A stretch of 64,000 nt of DNA from Octopus sinensis (Eukaryota), in assembly GCF_006345805.1 (NCBI RefSeq), contig NC_043006.1, forward strand, positions 3,720,001-3,784,000, in the 5' to 3' direction. Below, piece after piece: positions 40,259-54,781 of this stretch (within the stretch, counting starts at the first letter, position 1; every line of letters begins with the position of its first letter). The notes beneath the pieces were generated by a model, which saw only the letters and a program-made list of their open reading frames with translations, made no database searches and was not told the origin of the DNA. The position numbers and the translations under genes are program-made.

Positions 40259-40444
40259 AATATATATATAGCGATATGCTTTGGTGCAATACACGTTACC
40301 AAATTACTTTGGCCCAGGATCCGGTTAACCAACCATTCCACTCCTATATCCTTTTCCTGGTATGCATACATGATATGTTGATATGTGTGCGTTTCTATGT
40401 ATCATGGGATCGACCAAGAAATCGGATGCTGCTATAGATAGCTA

Positions 40445-41123
40445 GTCATGATGCATGAATGTGTGTATGTATGTATGTATGTATGTATGTGTGTATGTAT
40501 GTATGTATGTATGTATGTATGTATGTATGTATGTATGTATGTATGTATGTATGTATGTATGTGTGTGTGTATGTATGCATGTATGTATGTATGTGTGTAT
40601 GTATGTATGTATGTGTGTATGTATGCATGTATGTATGTGTGTATTTATGCATGTATGTATGTATGTATGTATGTATGTATGTATGTATGTGAGTATGTAT
40701 GTATGTATGTGTGTGTGTATGTATGCATGTATGTATGGATGTATGTGTGTGTGTATGTATGCATGTATGTATGTATGTGTGTATGTATGTATGTATGTAT
40801 GTATGTATGTATGTATGTATGTATGCGTGTATGTATGTATGTATGTATGTGTGTATGTATGTATGTATGTATGTATGTATATATGTATGTGTCTATGTAT
40901 GTGTGTGTGTATGTATGCATGTATGTATGTATGTATGTATGCATGCATGCATGTATGTGTATATGTATGTATGTATGTGTGGATGTATGCATGTATGTAT
41001 GTATGTATGTGTATGTATGTATGTATGTATGTGTGTATGTATGTATGTATGTGTGTATGTATGTATGTATGTATGTGTGTATGCATGCATGTATGTATGT
41101 ATGTATGTATGTATGTGTGCGTG

Positions 41124-41154
<31 letters not shown>

Positions 41155-41180
41155 TGTATGTATGTATGTATGCATGTATC

Positions 41181-41211
<31 letters not shown>

Positions 41212-41320
41212 TGTGTGTGTGTATGTATGCATGTATGTATGTATGTATGTATGTATGTATGTATGTATGTTTGTATGTATGTATGTATGTATAGCTGTAT
41301 GTATGTATTTTGTGTGTACG
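40445..41320. repeat. ~870-bp degenerate (GTAT)n array
   Basis: Direct reading. This is the source of the 250-300 aa VCMY ORFs. Confidence 0.95.
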
Positions 41321-41344
41321 TACGTATGTCCGTGCACGGCTTAA

Positions 41345-41645
41345 TTACTAGAGTATTCGGCTCTCAATGGTAAGGTCGTGAGTTCGATTACCGACGGCGC
41401 ATTGTGGCCCTGAGCAAACACTTTATTTCTCGTTGCTCTATTGCACTCAACTAGTAAACATGTACATGCAATTCAAAGGGGCCGTCCTTGTTACATTCTA
41501 TGTTACGCTGAATCTCCCTGATACTAAGTTGAGGGCACGCGTGTCTGTGGAGTACTCAACCAGTTGAACTTTAATTTCACGAACAGGCTGTTCCGTAGGA
41601 TAGATCAACTAAAATACTCGTCGTCGTAACCGACGGAGAGCCGGT
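41345..41645 (+). mobile_element. SINE type D
   Basis: Box B gagttcgatt, shared core ctgagcaaacactttatttc, and tail ctcgtcgtcgtaaccgacgga. Confidence 0.75.
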
Positions 41646-42421
41646 CTTGTTTGTATGTGTGTATGTGTGTGTGTATGTATGTATGTATGTATGTATGTAT
41701 GCATGCAGATAATTATACATCAACGTTTAATATCATTAAAGCTCCTGCAAGAATCCAGAACATTTCATATATATATGTTGTTGTTGTTTTTTTTGTTTTT
41801 GTTTTTGTTTTTTGTTTTTTTTTTGTGGCTGCAATACATTTCAGAGATAGAAATTCAGATCGATTGTACTCAGATGAAAAGACCGAATTTACCTAAAACC
41901 TTTGCTTTTTCTTAATTATTATTTTTTATGTCTGACGTACAATGATCCTACGTATTCCTCTTTTGAATCTTTATATACACTATTTCATGCCAATTATTAC
42001 CACTTCTAGCCTTGGATCCTACGGTATTCTTTATGCTTCAACAGTTTCATTACTTTGTTTCAACACTGTGATCTTGGATATAGGACGCACAGACTAGGTC
42101 AAGTAACGTAGGTGCGTATGTGTAAGTGTGTGCGAGCATGAATATGCATGTATGTCATTATTCAACTTTATTTCAAGATTTCTTGCCAATAAAGTAAGAC
42201 CTGGTTTCTAACCTAGTTCCGAAGCTACTTCACTGGAATTTCAACATCAACAACATGGTATGTATGCATGTATGTATGTATGTATGTATGTATGTATGTA
42301 TGTATGTATGTATGTATGTATGTTTTGTATGTATGTATGTATGTATGTATGTATGTATGTATCTATGTAATGTATGTATGTATGTATGTATGTATGCACA
42401 GACAGACAGACAGACAGACAA

Positions 42422-42505
<84 letters not shown>

Positions 42506-42994
42506 GACATGAGTTGAAAAATCTTTGCGCGCACAAATTCTTCGACAAAGCGGAACGTGCAAATAGAATGAGATTTCTTATATAAAGATAGAATGAAAGA
42601 TGCTCTTCGTATTTGAGTTGTTTTTGTGTTAAACACGTTTCGCCTTGTTTAAAAATGTAAGCATGTATTCACCGCTGAAACCTAGGATAACCAGCGCATG
42701 CGCACACATGTATATATATTTGCGTGGGAGAGTTTGTGCGCGAGTCATTAAACGCATGTATAAATGATATCTCATGCACAGGCTTCTAACAATTAGCCAA
42801 TCTTTTTAGAGTATCATTTCGATATTCATGGAAGAATTTCTGGAAACAAACTCCTCGCCAAAATACTTGATTTTTTTATATATTCTTAAAGATATTTTTT
42901 TTAAACCTCTCGTTCGTTGTTATAAATTAATGACTGTAACCAATGGCAATAGTCCCTTGAAATTTCAAAAACGGGTCTCATGTTTTCACATCTT

Positions 42995-43213
42995 TTAATT
43001 TTCTACTTGTTTCAGTCATTAGATAGCGGCCATGCTGGGGCCACATTCTAATGAAGGATTTCTCGTACAATTTTTCTCTAAACCTGGTACTTATTTTATT
43101 GGCTTCTTTCTGCTGAACTACTAACTTACGGGAACGTAAACAAACCAACACTGACTGTCATGTGGTAGTAGAAAACAACCAGAAACGCATACACGCACAT
43201 ATACAGTCACGCC

Positions 43214-43289
<76 letters not shown>

Positions 43290-43410
43290 CATATACTCCA
43301 CTCACAAGGCTCGAGGCTACAGTAGAAGACGTTTGTCCAGCATCCGCAGAGTGGGACTGAACACAGAACCATATGTTTAGGGAGCAAACTTCTTACCCGA
43401 CAGCCACTCC
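42995..43410 (-). mobile_element. SINE type A
   Basis: Reverse-complement match with internal (CA)n. Confidence 0.8.
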
Positions 43411-43684
43411 TGCACCTACATTTTAGTTTTTCCATAGATTTCTCTTTTTCTTTGCCCAATTACAATCTTCAAGGATTTGTTGTGAGATTTTCTTTTGATT
43501 AAAGTTAGAATTTATTTTTCATCATCTTTTACTTAATAAGATAACACAAATAGTTCTGGTGGTTATCTTGAAAAACTAACAAATTGCTGAGAGTTAATAA
43601 AGATCCATAAAATTCATAATTTCGTTTGAAATTGTGTTTTGTCTGAAATGGTTGATTTTTATTGATGATATGAAGTCCACGTAC

Positions 43685-44085
43685 ACATCAGGCGTGGTTA
43701 GGAATCTTCTTTTCTAACAATATGGTCTTGGGTTCAATACCACAGCGTGACACCTTGGGCAACTGTCTTCTAGTATAGCTCCAGGCCGACTATGCCCTTG
43801 TGAGTAGGTTTGCTAGGCGGAAATTGAAAGCCCGGTGTGTATATATACAAATGTATGTGTGTGCGCGCGCGCTTGTGCTGTCTTTATATTTGTGATGTGA
43901 TTGTCCTCACCGCCACAAAACTGGTGTTCGTTTGTTTACAGCCCCTGACTTCAGCTCTTCAGTGTAAAATACCGCTACCATAAATACTAGCTATTAAAGC
44001 ATGTATGTACTGCGGTCGATTTGTTCAACTACACCCTCTAAGGCGATAAGCCCAGCATGGCTGCAGTCCAATGACTGAAACATGC
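43685..44085 (+). mobile_element. SINE type A, diverged
   Basis: ggcgtggttagg...gggttcaatacc...ccttgggcaa and tail ccagcatggctgcagtccaatgactgaaac. Confidence 0.7.
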
Positions 44086-44466
44086 GAACACAGTCTTAGA
44101 GTAGAAAATCTTTGGAAACTTTCTTTATTTTATGTTATCAGCTATTTTTACACCAAGAAGTAAGCGTGCTATAGAAAGAACTATATTCAATTCTTTATGA
44201 TTAAAATTAGCAAAAATCTGTTGATTGAAATACGTATCCAGATAATGTTTGAAACAGCCTCGACTATGGAAAGAAATTGAATACATTACTGAACTGTAAT
44301 ATTTTGCATTATAAACATTTCAGCAAATCTTCATCTGACTTCATATTTTCATAACAGAACATTATATATCACTGGACTTGAAAGAACCCCACAGACCTAG
44401 GGAACAAGGTACCGTGAAAGATTCATTAAACTAGTGATTTTACGATATATAAGTAATAATTCAAAA

Positions 44467-44687
44467 TATGATAAGTTGCTGAAAAGTTCCTGGCTTTAAG
44501 GGTTTCGTAAAAGGCCTGGTTAGAAGCCCATCCGACCGAGTTCTTTTACAGGGTTTAGAAAAACTGAAGGACTGCTGTAATAAGTGTGTGGATCTGAGAG
44601 GGGAATATGTTGGATAAAATCATAATTAACTGATCCTCCGGTATTTTCTTTTAGCCAAAGCCAGGAACTTTTCAATACCCCGTCGTA
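44467..44687 (+). mobile_element. Mariner-derived mini-element (MITE) with ~30-bp TIRs
   Basis: tgaaaagttcctggcttt is inverted as aaagccaggaacttttca, with TA at both ends. The interior encodes GLEKLKDCCNKCVDLRGEYV, a mariner C-terminus. Confidence 0.8.
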
Positions 44688-45235
44688 TATCAGAAATACA
44701 TAGAATTCAGTTTATTTTAAATATTCAATCGCTGTATCCGCTGAAAACAGCATAGCCGTGCTAATTACTACACAAAAATACACACACACGTAAACACAAA
44801 TACTCTACTAACGAATTATAAGCGCTCAGTCGTTAGATCAGCTGAACGACTTTTTCCATTGAATTAGCATATAAAATATTTGTGAGAAATCCATAAATAC
44901 ATGTGCTATTAATATAATCTTTAAATAAAATCACTGTGACACAGTATAGCAAGGGTGGAACTCTGAATCAGAGGTGAGGCTCATCTGATTGGCTTCGACA
45001 GAGATTCCGTCTAAGGAAATCCCATCACAAAAAATGGAACGAACTCATGCTATATTAAAAGCGAAACGATACTTGTATAAGGTACCACGCAATGCGATCA
45101 AATTCTTGGTTTCGAAGCAAACTTCTAAAACTCAAATTCAGGCTTTCATATGTATGTATACATATATATATATATATATATCTATATATATATATGTAAT
45201 ATATATATATATATATATTATATATTTATATATGT

Positions 45236-45578
45236 GAAGGCGCATGGCTCAGTGGTTAGAGCGTCGAGCTTACGATCGTGAGGTTGTGAGGTCGAATCCC
45301 AGACCGGGCTGCGTGTTGTGTTCTTGAGCAAGGCACTTTATTTCACGTTGCTCCAGTTCACTCAGCTGTAGAAATGAGTTGCGACGTCACTGGTGCCAAG
45401 CTGTATCGACCTTTGTCTTTCCCTTGGATAACACTGGTGGCGTGGAGAGGGGAGGCTGGTATGCATGGGCGACTGCTGGCCTTCCATAAACAACCTTGCC
45501 CGGACTTGTGTCTAGGAGGGTAACTTTCTAGGTGCAATCCCATGGTCATTCATGACCGAAGGGGGTCTTTACCTTACC
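45236..45578 (+). mobile_element. SINE type C1
   Basis: Box A tggctcagtgg, box B ggtcgaatcc, colinear with 61262-61597. Confidence 0.85.
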
Positions 45579-45584
45579 TATATA

Positions 45585-45682
<98 letters not shown>

Positions 45683-45813
45683 TATAAATATAGTAGTTGC
45701 CCTTTATATAATTATATTTACAAAATTAAATACTTTGTATTCATTTTTTACCTAAATTGTTTTTTACATGTTAGCTACTTGATAAAACCCTATATAGATT
45801 TTATCCCTAACTA

Positions 45814-45866
<53 letters not shown>

Positions 45867-46399
45867 CGTTTTTATTATGCAAAAGTGTCTTAAGTCCAAA
45901 ACGTTGCTTTTTCAATTGCAACGGGGAAGGTGTTTATAAGCCATATAAGAAACACAAAAACCGTTAGATTCACTTCAACAATGAATTTAATTTGTCAAAA
46001 TATTTTCGTAGCTTTGGGACCGCGATCTGTTTACTGATACACGATCTCAGATCAGGTCACACGCTCTGCAAGTACATCTCCGTAATAGTTGCTTTTTCAG
46101 AAAACGGAAAAATAGTTTCTCCATTCCATTTCTTTTTACATTAGCAACAGTTTCAGCTTAACAATAATACTTCGTATATTCTTAGTCAGAAATATTTTTG
46201 CAAAACTGTTGTACGTGAGACTTACTACACCTTTGAAAAATGCTAAACCGTTGTACTACATTTTGGCAATATTCATATCTTGGCATCTGAAGCAGCTGGA
46301 GATACGATAGTTTGACCAAAGGAATCGGCTATTGCAAGCAAAATTAAATATTGAAAGAAAAAAACGCATTTGGCCAAATTTGGACATACGACAGTTTAA

Positions 46400-46417
46400 C
46401 ATAATAACAACAGGTAT

Positions 46418-46449
<32 letters not shown>

Positions 46450-46595
46450 ACATATATATATGTGTGTGTGTGTGTATGTAGGGATGTACGTATATGTATA
46501 TACATATGTGTATAAATACATATATACATACATATATATACATATATCTGTATATATAAATTTACTTATGTATGTATACATGTGTATACACACAC

Positions 46596-46641
<46 letters not shown>

Positions 46642-46914
46642 GTATGGTTGTATGTATGTATACAAGGAAAACTTTGACTGACTTCGAGGTTTGAGGCTCG
46701 CTCCCCGCCGTCAGACTTGACGATAAGAGAACCTGAACCAAAACTTCGAAGTCACTCTCAACCTTATCCATGTAAAAATTAACGAATATGTTACTCTGCT
46801 CATTTTTGGGGGATCTTCCAGTAGAATGTTCAATTTTCAACTTGGTTTTATAACTTTACATACAAAGATCATTACACACACACACATTTATATATCTGTG
46901 TGTATAGATCGATC

Positions 46915-46979
<65 letters not shown>

Positions 46980-47026
46980 GTAGATAGGTAGATAGATAGA
47001 TAGATAGATAGATAGATCGATCGATC

Positions 47027-47074
<48 letters not shown>

Positions 47075-47095
47075 TAGATAGACAGACAAGCAAAC

Positions 47096-47156
<61 letters not shown>

Positions 47157-47340
47157 TAGATAGACAGACAAGCAAACAGACAGACAGACAGATAGATGTA
47201 CATATATATGTGAGTGTGACTGAGTAGGAGTGTGTATGTGTATATGTGTTTGTATGTGCGCGTATATATATACAGTTGGTGACGTCCTGTACCCATATAT
47301 GCATACATACACACACACACCACACACACACACACACAAT
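46400..47340. repeat. Compound CA/TA/GATA microsatellite region
   Basis: Direct reading. Confidence 0.9.
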
Positions 47341-47428
47341 GTCTGTGTCTGAATATCTTCCTACGTCAATAATGAAATTAGTAGGGAAGTTATGAGGGAG
47401 AGAGAACGCGAAAAGGAGAGAGGTATAG

Positions 47429-47475
<47 letters not shown>

Positions 47476-47772
47476 GAGAAAGAAAGAGAGAAAGATAGGG
47501 GAGAGGGGGGATACAGAAAGATAGAAGGAGGGGGAGAGGGAGGGAGAGGAAACACCATTATATACTCAATAATTTAATTGTTCAGTTTATGTATAAATAT
47601 TTACAGGAATCGCTTTCGGTGGTTAAGCATTACCTGGTTGTCATCAACATGAAGCCAGTCGTCATTAAAAGGGTGGATATGAGAAAATTTGGTGTGAAGT
47701 CGAACAAGCTGAAACTAGCAAAGCAAGTATACACACACACACACACACACATACACACACACACACACACAT

Positions 47773-47818
<46 letters not shown>

Positions 47819-49129
47819 GTATGTATTTATGTATGTATTTATGTATGTATGTATGTATTTACGTATGTATTTATGTATGTACGTATATATTTCATGAACA
47901 CGAGTTCATATATTGTAAAACCATGCATAGACGTGGCGTGTTTGTGGGTATATGGGGTGAGCTGGGCAGTTTAACTAGCGTTGCTGGAACACCCCGCAAG
48001 GCACTTTCAAACCCAGTTCAAAGAACATTCACTGCATTTCTCAACTTAAATGAGAAGCTAATCTTAAGCGTGTGATTTGCTGTTTGGCTCCAGGTGGACG
48101 TTGAATAAGTAGATCAACGATTTAAAACATTCTATCTATGGCTATTCCATCTTAATTATTTAATGTGTCTTTTTTTTAAAGGTTGTGGCGTGTTATTCGA
48201 AGTAGATTTTGTTGCCGAAAGACCTCTCAGTGTCTTCTCCTCAGCTTTTGTAACTATAATTTTATATATTTACACATATATACACACACACACACATATT
48301 TAATAGTAAACACGAATGGTTTTTAGAATTTACTACTGGGGTTTCGGAAATAATTTTATTTAATGTAGTCGTAAAGATTTCATCATTACATCATAATATC
48401 CTATGCAATCCGCTATCATCAGTTAAGATTTCAAACAGTCGACCTAGACATCGCCAACATTTGTTGGGCTGTCCAGTCGACTGGATTGTCTAGAATCTTA
48501 CTTGTTTAAAACTTCACCCGATCGTTGATTCTGTATTATGATGTGCAATTTTACGAGTAAATCAAGTAACATTCTATCAAGATAGCTGTCGTATATTTCA
48601 TGTCGTATATTTCGTGTTTACTAATTTATACCTACGCTACATTAAGTTCCACTGGTGAGTCGGATCGAAGATTACAAATTAGATTTGCTACTTGTATATC
48701 TACAGTATCCTGCCAACACTTGAAATCTATACTGCTGTTTTATTTCACTGTCAGCTCTAAGTGTTTGTACCTAGCTATTTTCATATATACCTTGATTCTT
48801 AAACAATCCTTATAACTAAATTATATATATATATGATACATTTAGCAATTCAACCACCACCGGCTGCTACACACTTTAGGTCTGCTTCTGATACATTCCT
48901 GTGTTTGTACGCTAAGTATGATTTATAGAATGCTATTTTGAACATAATTCTGCTTCCGTTGTTAATAGCGAATTTTTATCCAGTTTGCTGGCTAACAGCG
49001 ATTTCTCAATCAGTGTTTTTTCTTTATCAGACATGGCAAAATTTGTCTTCAGCGTTCTAACAATTGTGCTAATCTACTGTCCTTACGTACCTTAATAATA
49101 ATGTTTACTTACATACACACAAGATCTCA

Positions 49130-49870
49130 AGCTTTAAGTAAAAGGAACAGTCGATTACCCCAGGTCCAGTAATTAACTGGTGCTGTATTTTATCTATCCC
49201 CAAGAGGCAGTTGGATTTGAACTCAGAACACAAATAGCCAGAACAAATACCGCAATACGTTTTGCCCGATGCTCTAAAGCCTTTACCAATGCACTGACCT
49301 TATATCAGTAATAATTTAGATACAAGATCTTCAATTTCCAAAGGAGTGTTTAGCGGATACCATTGAGTTCAATACTTTAGTGTCTAGTTATTTTACCGTC
49401 CGCGGAGGGATGAAAGGCAAAATTTACCAAGGAATATAATCATAATTAAATATCCCTTTCACTTGACTTCAGTAGAGTATCTTTTACAAAGGCGGCGAAT
49501 TGGCGAAGTCATGAGGACAACGGAAGAAATTTCTTGCGGTATTTGTTTCGGATTTCTACGCTCTTAGTTCAAATCTCACCGAGGTCAACTCTGCTTCCTA
49601 ATCGTTGGTGGTCGATACGAGCAAACTACCAGTCTAAAGCATCGAATTGGTAAAACAGTTAAAGTCGAAAGAGATGCAGGTGGCATTTGTTCTCTGCCCA
49701 CCGAGTTCAGATCCCTCCAAGTCCAAATTAACCTTTTATTCCTTTGGGGTCGATGGACAAAGTACCAACCTGAGATGGCGTTTTCGCGAAATTGACAGAG
49801 GGTCGAGTAAGATGCTTATCGTATTTGTACCGGCTCTTTTCAGACTGAGTTCAAATTCCACTTTTTATAA
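49130..49870. mobile_element. Cluster of decayed type B SINEs (two on -, two on +)
   Basis: Recurrent ggcagaa/gagttcaaat/ggggtcgat motifs. Confidence 0.6.
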
Positions 49871-50984
49871 CCGACGCCCTACTGGTGGTGGGAAATAGCC
49901 TCACCGAGATCCGGGTAAAAGTGATACATACCTTTAATGTCAGACAGAGAGACAGGACGATTGGCGGGAAGCAATATGTCGGTCAGGTTATATAAAATAT
50001 ATTTAGAGTAAGGATGAATGAGCGGACCCTGCAAAACGGGATAAACGCTGGGACGGAAACCAAATATATAATAAATGTTATGACTCGTTACACAAGAATT
50101 AATTAAGGAGAAATAAATACATATTATTCCGTCATCAGGCAAGTCATTATGCTCCACTTCTTCTAACCCTTCCAACTCCCTCGACCTCTCTCACTCCCCT
50201 CACCCCTTACTACAGTCATTAGCATATTCCCCACTCCTCTCTCTCTCTCTCTCCCTCTCTCTCCCTCTCTCTCCCTTTCACCGCCATCGCCCTCATCATT
50301 TTTACTACATTCCAGGGTGTTTCCCTTTTTTCGCGAAAGATATAAAGACTGTCGAAAAGTTCGTTGATAATCTTCTATTTTCCTTTCTTTCTTTCTTTCT
50401 TTCTTTCTTTTTTTCCTTTCTCTCATTCATTTATGTTTCTATTTTCTATTTAGGATTTTTATTTTTATTGGGGTGGGCCTTTTTAAAAGTTTTGAACACG
50501 TTTTAGAAATTACTAGAATTATCTGCACCGTCTGATATATTCATATGTTTTGTTTTGAAGGCTGCCTACGTTTGGTTGTGTTTGTTTGTTATTACGTTTA
50601 TAAATTTATATAAACATTTGTAAACACACACACACACTCACAGAGGTAGATCCACATACAAACGCACAGAGACACATGCCCACACATATACCATTCATAC
50701 ACAAGTACACACACACACACACACACATACATACATACATACATATATACACACACACATAGACATTACACGTGTGTGATTGTGCGTACATGCTTACATA
50801 TAGATAGATACAGAGAGAGTGAGCGGAGAGAGAGAGAAAAGGGGGGAAGAAAAGACGGATAGAGAGTCAGGGAGAGGAAAGGTCATGCGATTCTCTTTCA
50901 CAATTATGAGTTTTCGGGTTCGATCACAAACAGAGACGTGTTAAGTACATTTCTTTTAAGGTACCTTCTGGACGCTCGAATATT

Positions 50985-51383
50985 TGTGACGAATCAACAA
51001 CACAGACTGCGGTCATACTGGAGCACCAACTTGAATGGTTTCACTTAAACAAGAAATCGATCCCAGGACTCATTCTTTGTAAGATTAGTACTTATTCTAT
51101 CGATGTGTTTTGCCGAACCGGTAAGTTACGGGGACATAAACACACCAGCATCGGTTGTCAAGCGATGGCGAGGGGACAAACACAGACCACACACACACAT
51201 ATGTATATAGTGAGAATTTACAAAAAGCGAAAGAAGAAGACGGGTGTGTAAAGAACAAACAGATGTATTAGTTTAAGTGAGAAAGTCTTTACGCTTCGAG
51301 CCGACGCTCTTCGACAGAAAGGAACACAAAAATAAACAGGGAGAGAAAATAGAAAAAGGTTTAGTGGCTAACGATCTATCATG

Positions 51384-51420
<37 letters not shown>

Positions 51421-51435
51421 CGGACGGGCTTCTTT
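50985..51435 (-). mobile_element. SINE type A with PLE terminal fragment inserted in its internal microsatellite
   Basis: SINE tail at 50985-51190, PLE piece at 51207-51380, SINE resumes at gacgggcttc (~51423). Confidence 0.7.
51285..51322 (-). ncRNA. Degenerate hammerhead-like motif in PLE terminal fragment
   Basis: Minus strand: cttt CTGTCGA a gagc gtcg gctc GAAGC GTA aag. Helix II is perfect, with two core substitutions. Confidence 0.35.
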
Positions 51436-51934
51436 TATAATAATAATTTTTTACCGTTAAGGGGTTTTACGCATGCTAAACCACTGATATTATTATTGAC
51501 AGTAATATTCTCATATGTATTTAAATAATTTTTATTCACTTCGATCACCTTTTTTAAATTTTCTGCGGCATTAAATACGGTCATCATCCACATTGGTGGG
51601 ATGAATAATCTCTATAACCCTGGGTCAGTAAGACTCGCTAAAGATGAACTAAGAGTTTTTCTCAATTCGAAATCACGGTGATACGGGTATGCCTGGCGTT
51701 TTCAATTTTCGACTATTTTCGTCATCGGTGTGGGGTTTTAGGATTTATATTCTTTTACCCGCTTTCACCTTTGTGTTTGAGTGAAAACTTGTGGTTTGGT
51801 CATTTTGACTGCTATTTTTAGCATGGCGGTATTGTTTGTTAGTTCCCTTAATTATTAATTGATAGTTCTTTTTTACCATTATGGGCTTTTTACGTATGCT
51901 ACGCCACTGATATTATTATAAATAATAATATCCT

Positions 51935-52074
<140 letters not shown>

Positions 52075-53087
52075 CAACAGGCTTCCACACAGTTTTCGTC
52101 AGCCAAATTCACTCACAAAGAATTGATTGGCTTGGGGCTATAGTAGAAGAGACTTATCCAAGTTGCAGCTGAGTGCGACGGAACCACATGGCAGCAAAGC
52201 AAGCTTCTTCACCACACAGACATATATTTTGAGTACACTAAAAGAAAATTCACCCTCCTACTTTAGAAATTTGTTTTGTTGCTTAGCAAAAGAAATTTGT
52301 ACGAAATTATTTCAACGTATGTTGTGGAGCAGATGCTGTTTTCTCTAGCCTAAATCTATGACACGGTTTCGATTCATAATCTGAAATTCTTTAGGTTGTG
52401 TCACTAAAGCATCATGCAACATATATTACTTCACCTCAGTAATTCTGAAATTCTTTGCTTATGAAAAGAAATCGATATTTATTCGTTTTCGTTTTGTTAC
52501 AGGAGCCGGTTGCTAACAGAGTAACCAGATTTTTATATATTTATTTATTGAAGTTCAGAGAGCGTGAAGCCGTTTTATTCATGTCTCTGAATGCGTCGAG
52601 CTATGATGTGTGTGTGATGTGTTGGACAATCCTTTGAAAGTATCTATTTAGATCTTCAATGGTCGACTGGATGATTTAATCTGCTCGGCGAGTTTCTTTT
52701 TGTTATTCTTTTTTTAAAAAATCTCTCTCATTCTTTCTCTCTCTTGTAAACATGTATGCAAGCATGCATGCACTCATTAATGCATACATGTATGTGATAT
52801 GTTCGTAACATATATGTGTATATGGTAGTAATAATATGCGTGTAAGAGCCAATCGATAACAATGTGACAAAACTCTTTTGTTAAAGTTAAGACGTAAGTA
52901 GACATACGTGCTTGAATCACTGAATGCGCGAACATATTCATGCTCATGCGCGAACATTATTTCCATTAGGTACAAATGATATAAAGATTTTGAAACGCTT
53001 CACAAAAGTTTTGACTAATCAGAGGAAACGGTATTTTCTTTTCTATAAAGAACGAGATAAAGAACGGCCGTCAATATTTCTGGCTTT

Positions 53088-53525
53088 AGAGGCGGTGGTG
53101 AGCTGGCAGAATCGTCAACACGCCAAGCAAAATGCTTAGCGACATTTCGTTCGTCTTTACTTTCCGCGTTCAGATGCCTCCGGGGTCGACTTTGCTTTTC
53201 GTCCTATCGGAGTCAATAAAATAAATACCAGTTGAGCCCTGGGGTCGATGTAATCGATTTACCCACTTCCTCGAAATTGCTGGCCTTGTGCCAAAAATTT
53301 AAACCAGTATTTCTTACTTTATGGCGGCGAATTGACAGAATCGTTAGCGCGCCGGGCAAATTACTTAGCGATATTACATTCTGCGTTCAAATTCCGCCGT
53401 GGTTGACTTTGTCTTTCATCCTTTCGAAATCGATAAAATAAATACCAATTGAGTACTGGGGTCGATGTAATTGACCTACCCCTCTGACAAACTCGGTGTC
53501 CTTGTACCAAAATGCTGAAACTAAT
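53088..53525 (+). mobile_element. Two tandem type B SINEs
   Basis: Heads at ~53092 and ~53322, each followed by ggggtcgatgtaat. Confidence 0.85.
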
Positions 53526-54009
53526 ATTTCTAGCTTAGACTTTTGCTATAATTTTGAACCGATTATCAACACAACACAGGAGCGATAGATTCACAGTTAT
53601 TATCCAATTCCCTAAGATCCCAAATCTGTTTTGATACTTATATTGCTGTACTAGATAGCCTGAGTTTTAGGGGAGAGAAAGGGGTCTGCAATATTCTTGA
53701 AATGATATTTAATTCTGTATACTAAGCAAAATGTCTTATTGTCATCTTTGCCAATCCCGTTACTTTGATTTTGGTGTATTCCGGCTTTGTTTCTGATCCC
53801 TTAACCCAGTCAGAATTTCAATTGCATAATATATATGGTAAGTATTTCCTGCAGACGAATGGTGAGATAAAAATGCAATGTCGAAACTGCCTAACAGGAT
53901 TTGAATTAATTACTACCCACCCCCTCAAACCTACAATCTGTTGTAACGCTATTGCCAGTGCAGACTTGACGATAGTAACAGAATCAGTTGTACTAAGATA
54001 ATAATAATA

Positions 54010-54683
54010 ACCCGTTTTACTATAGGGACAAGGAGTGATATATGGTGGGAAGGATCAGTCGATTGCATCTACCCCAGTGCGCAATTGGTGCTTATTTTAT
54101 TAACTCTCAAAGGATGGAAGGCAAAGTTGACCTCGGTGAAATCTGAACTTAGAAACATTTTGACGGACGAAATTCTGCTAAGCATTTTTTCCGGCGTGTT
54201 AACGGTTCTGCCAGTTCGCCACCTTTATAAAAGAAGAAGAAGAAGAAGAAGAAGAAAATGCCGCTAATAATAATTGAATCCGTATGGCATAATGTACACC
54301 AGCTGACAACAAGGTATGCGATAAGGAAGAAAAAAAAGTCAATAGATATGATAGGTTAGCTTGGGAGGTTAAGCAGTTGTGGTCGATGAAAAAGGTGGTA
54401 GCAATAATTGTCGGAGCCCTAGGAACAGTGAGTAAAAATCTCGAGAAGTACATTGGAACAAAGAGGGGCTGCAATAAGGGTGGACCATAATAATAATAAT
54501 AATAAAACCTTTCTATTAAAGGCACAAAGCCTGAAATTTACGGGGAATGGGTAAGCCGATTACAACGAACCCAAATGTGCGTAACTGGTACGTATTTAAT
54601 TTGAACTCAGGACGTAGTGGCAGACGAAATACCGCTCAGTATTTCGCCCGGCGTGCTAACGATTCTGCCAGCTCGCCGCCTTA

Positions 54684-54726
<43 letters not shown>

Positions 54727-54737
54727 TAATAATAATA

Positions 54738-54781
<44 letters not shown>

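Noticed and set aside
45236-45310. tRNA gene-like sequences (also at 61262, 58533 and 58771)
   Set aside because: They have box A/B only, no complete cloverleaf, and continue into SINE bodies.
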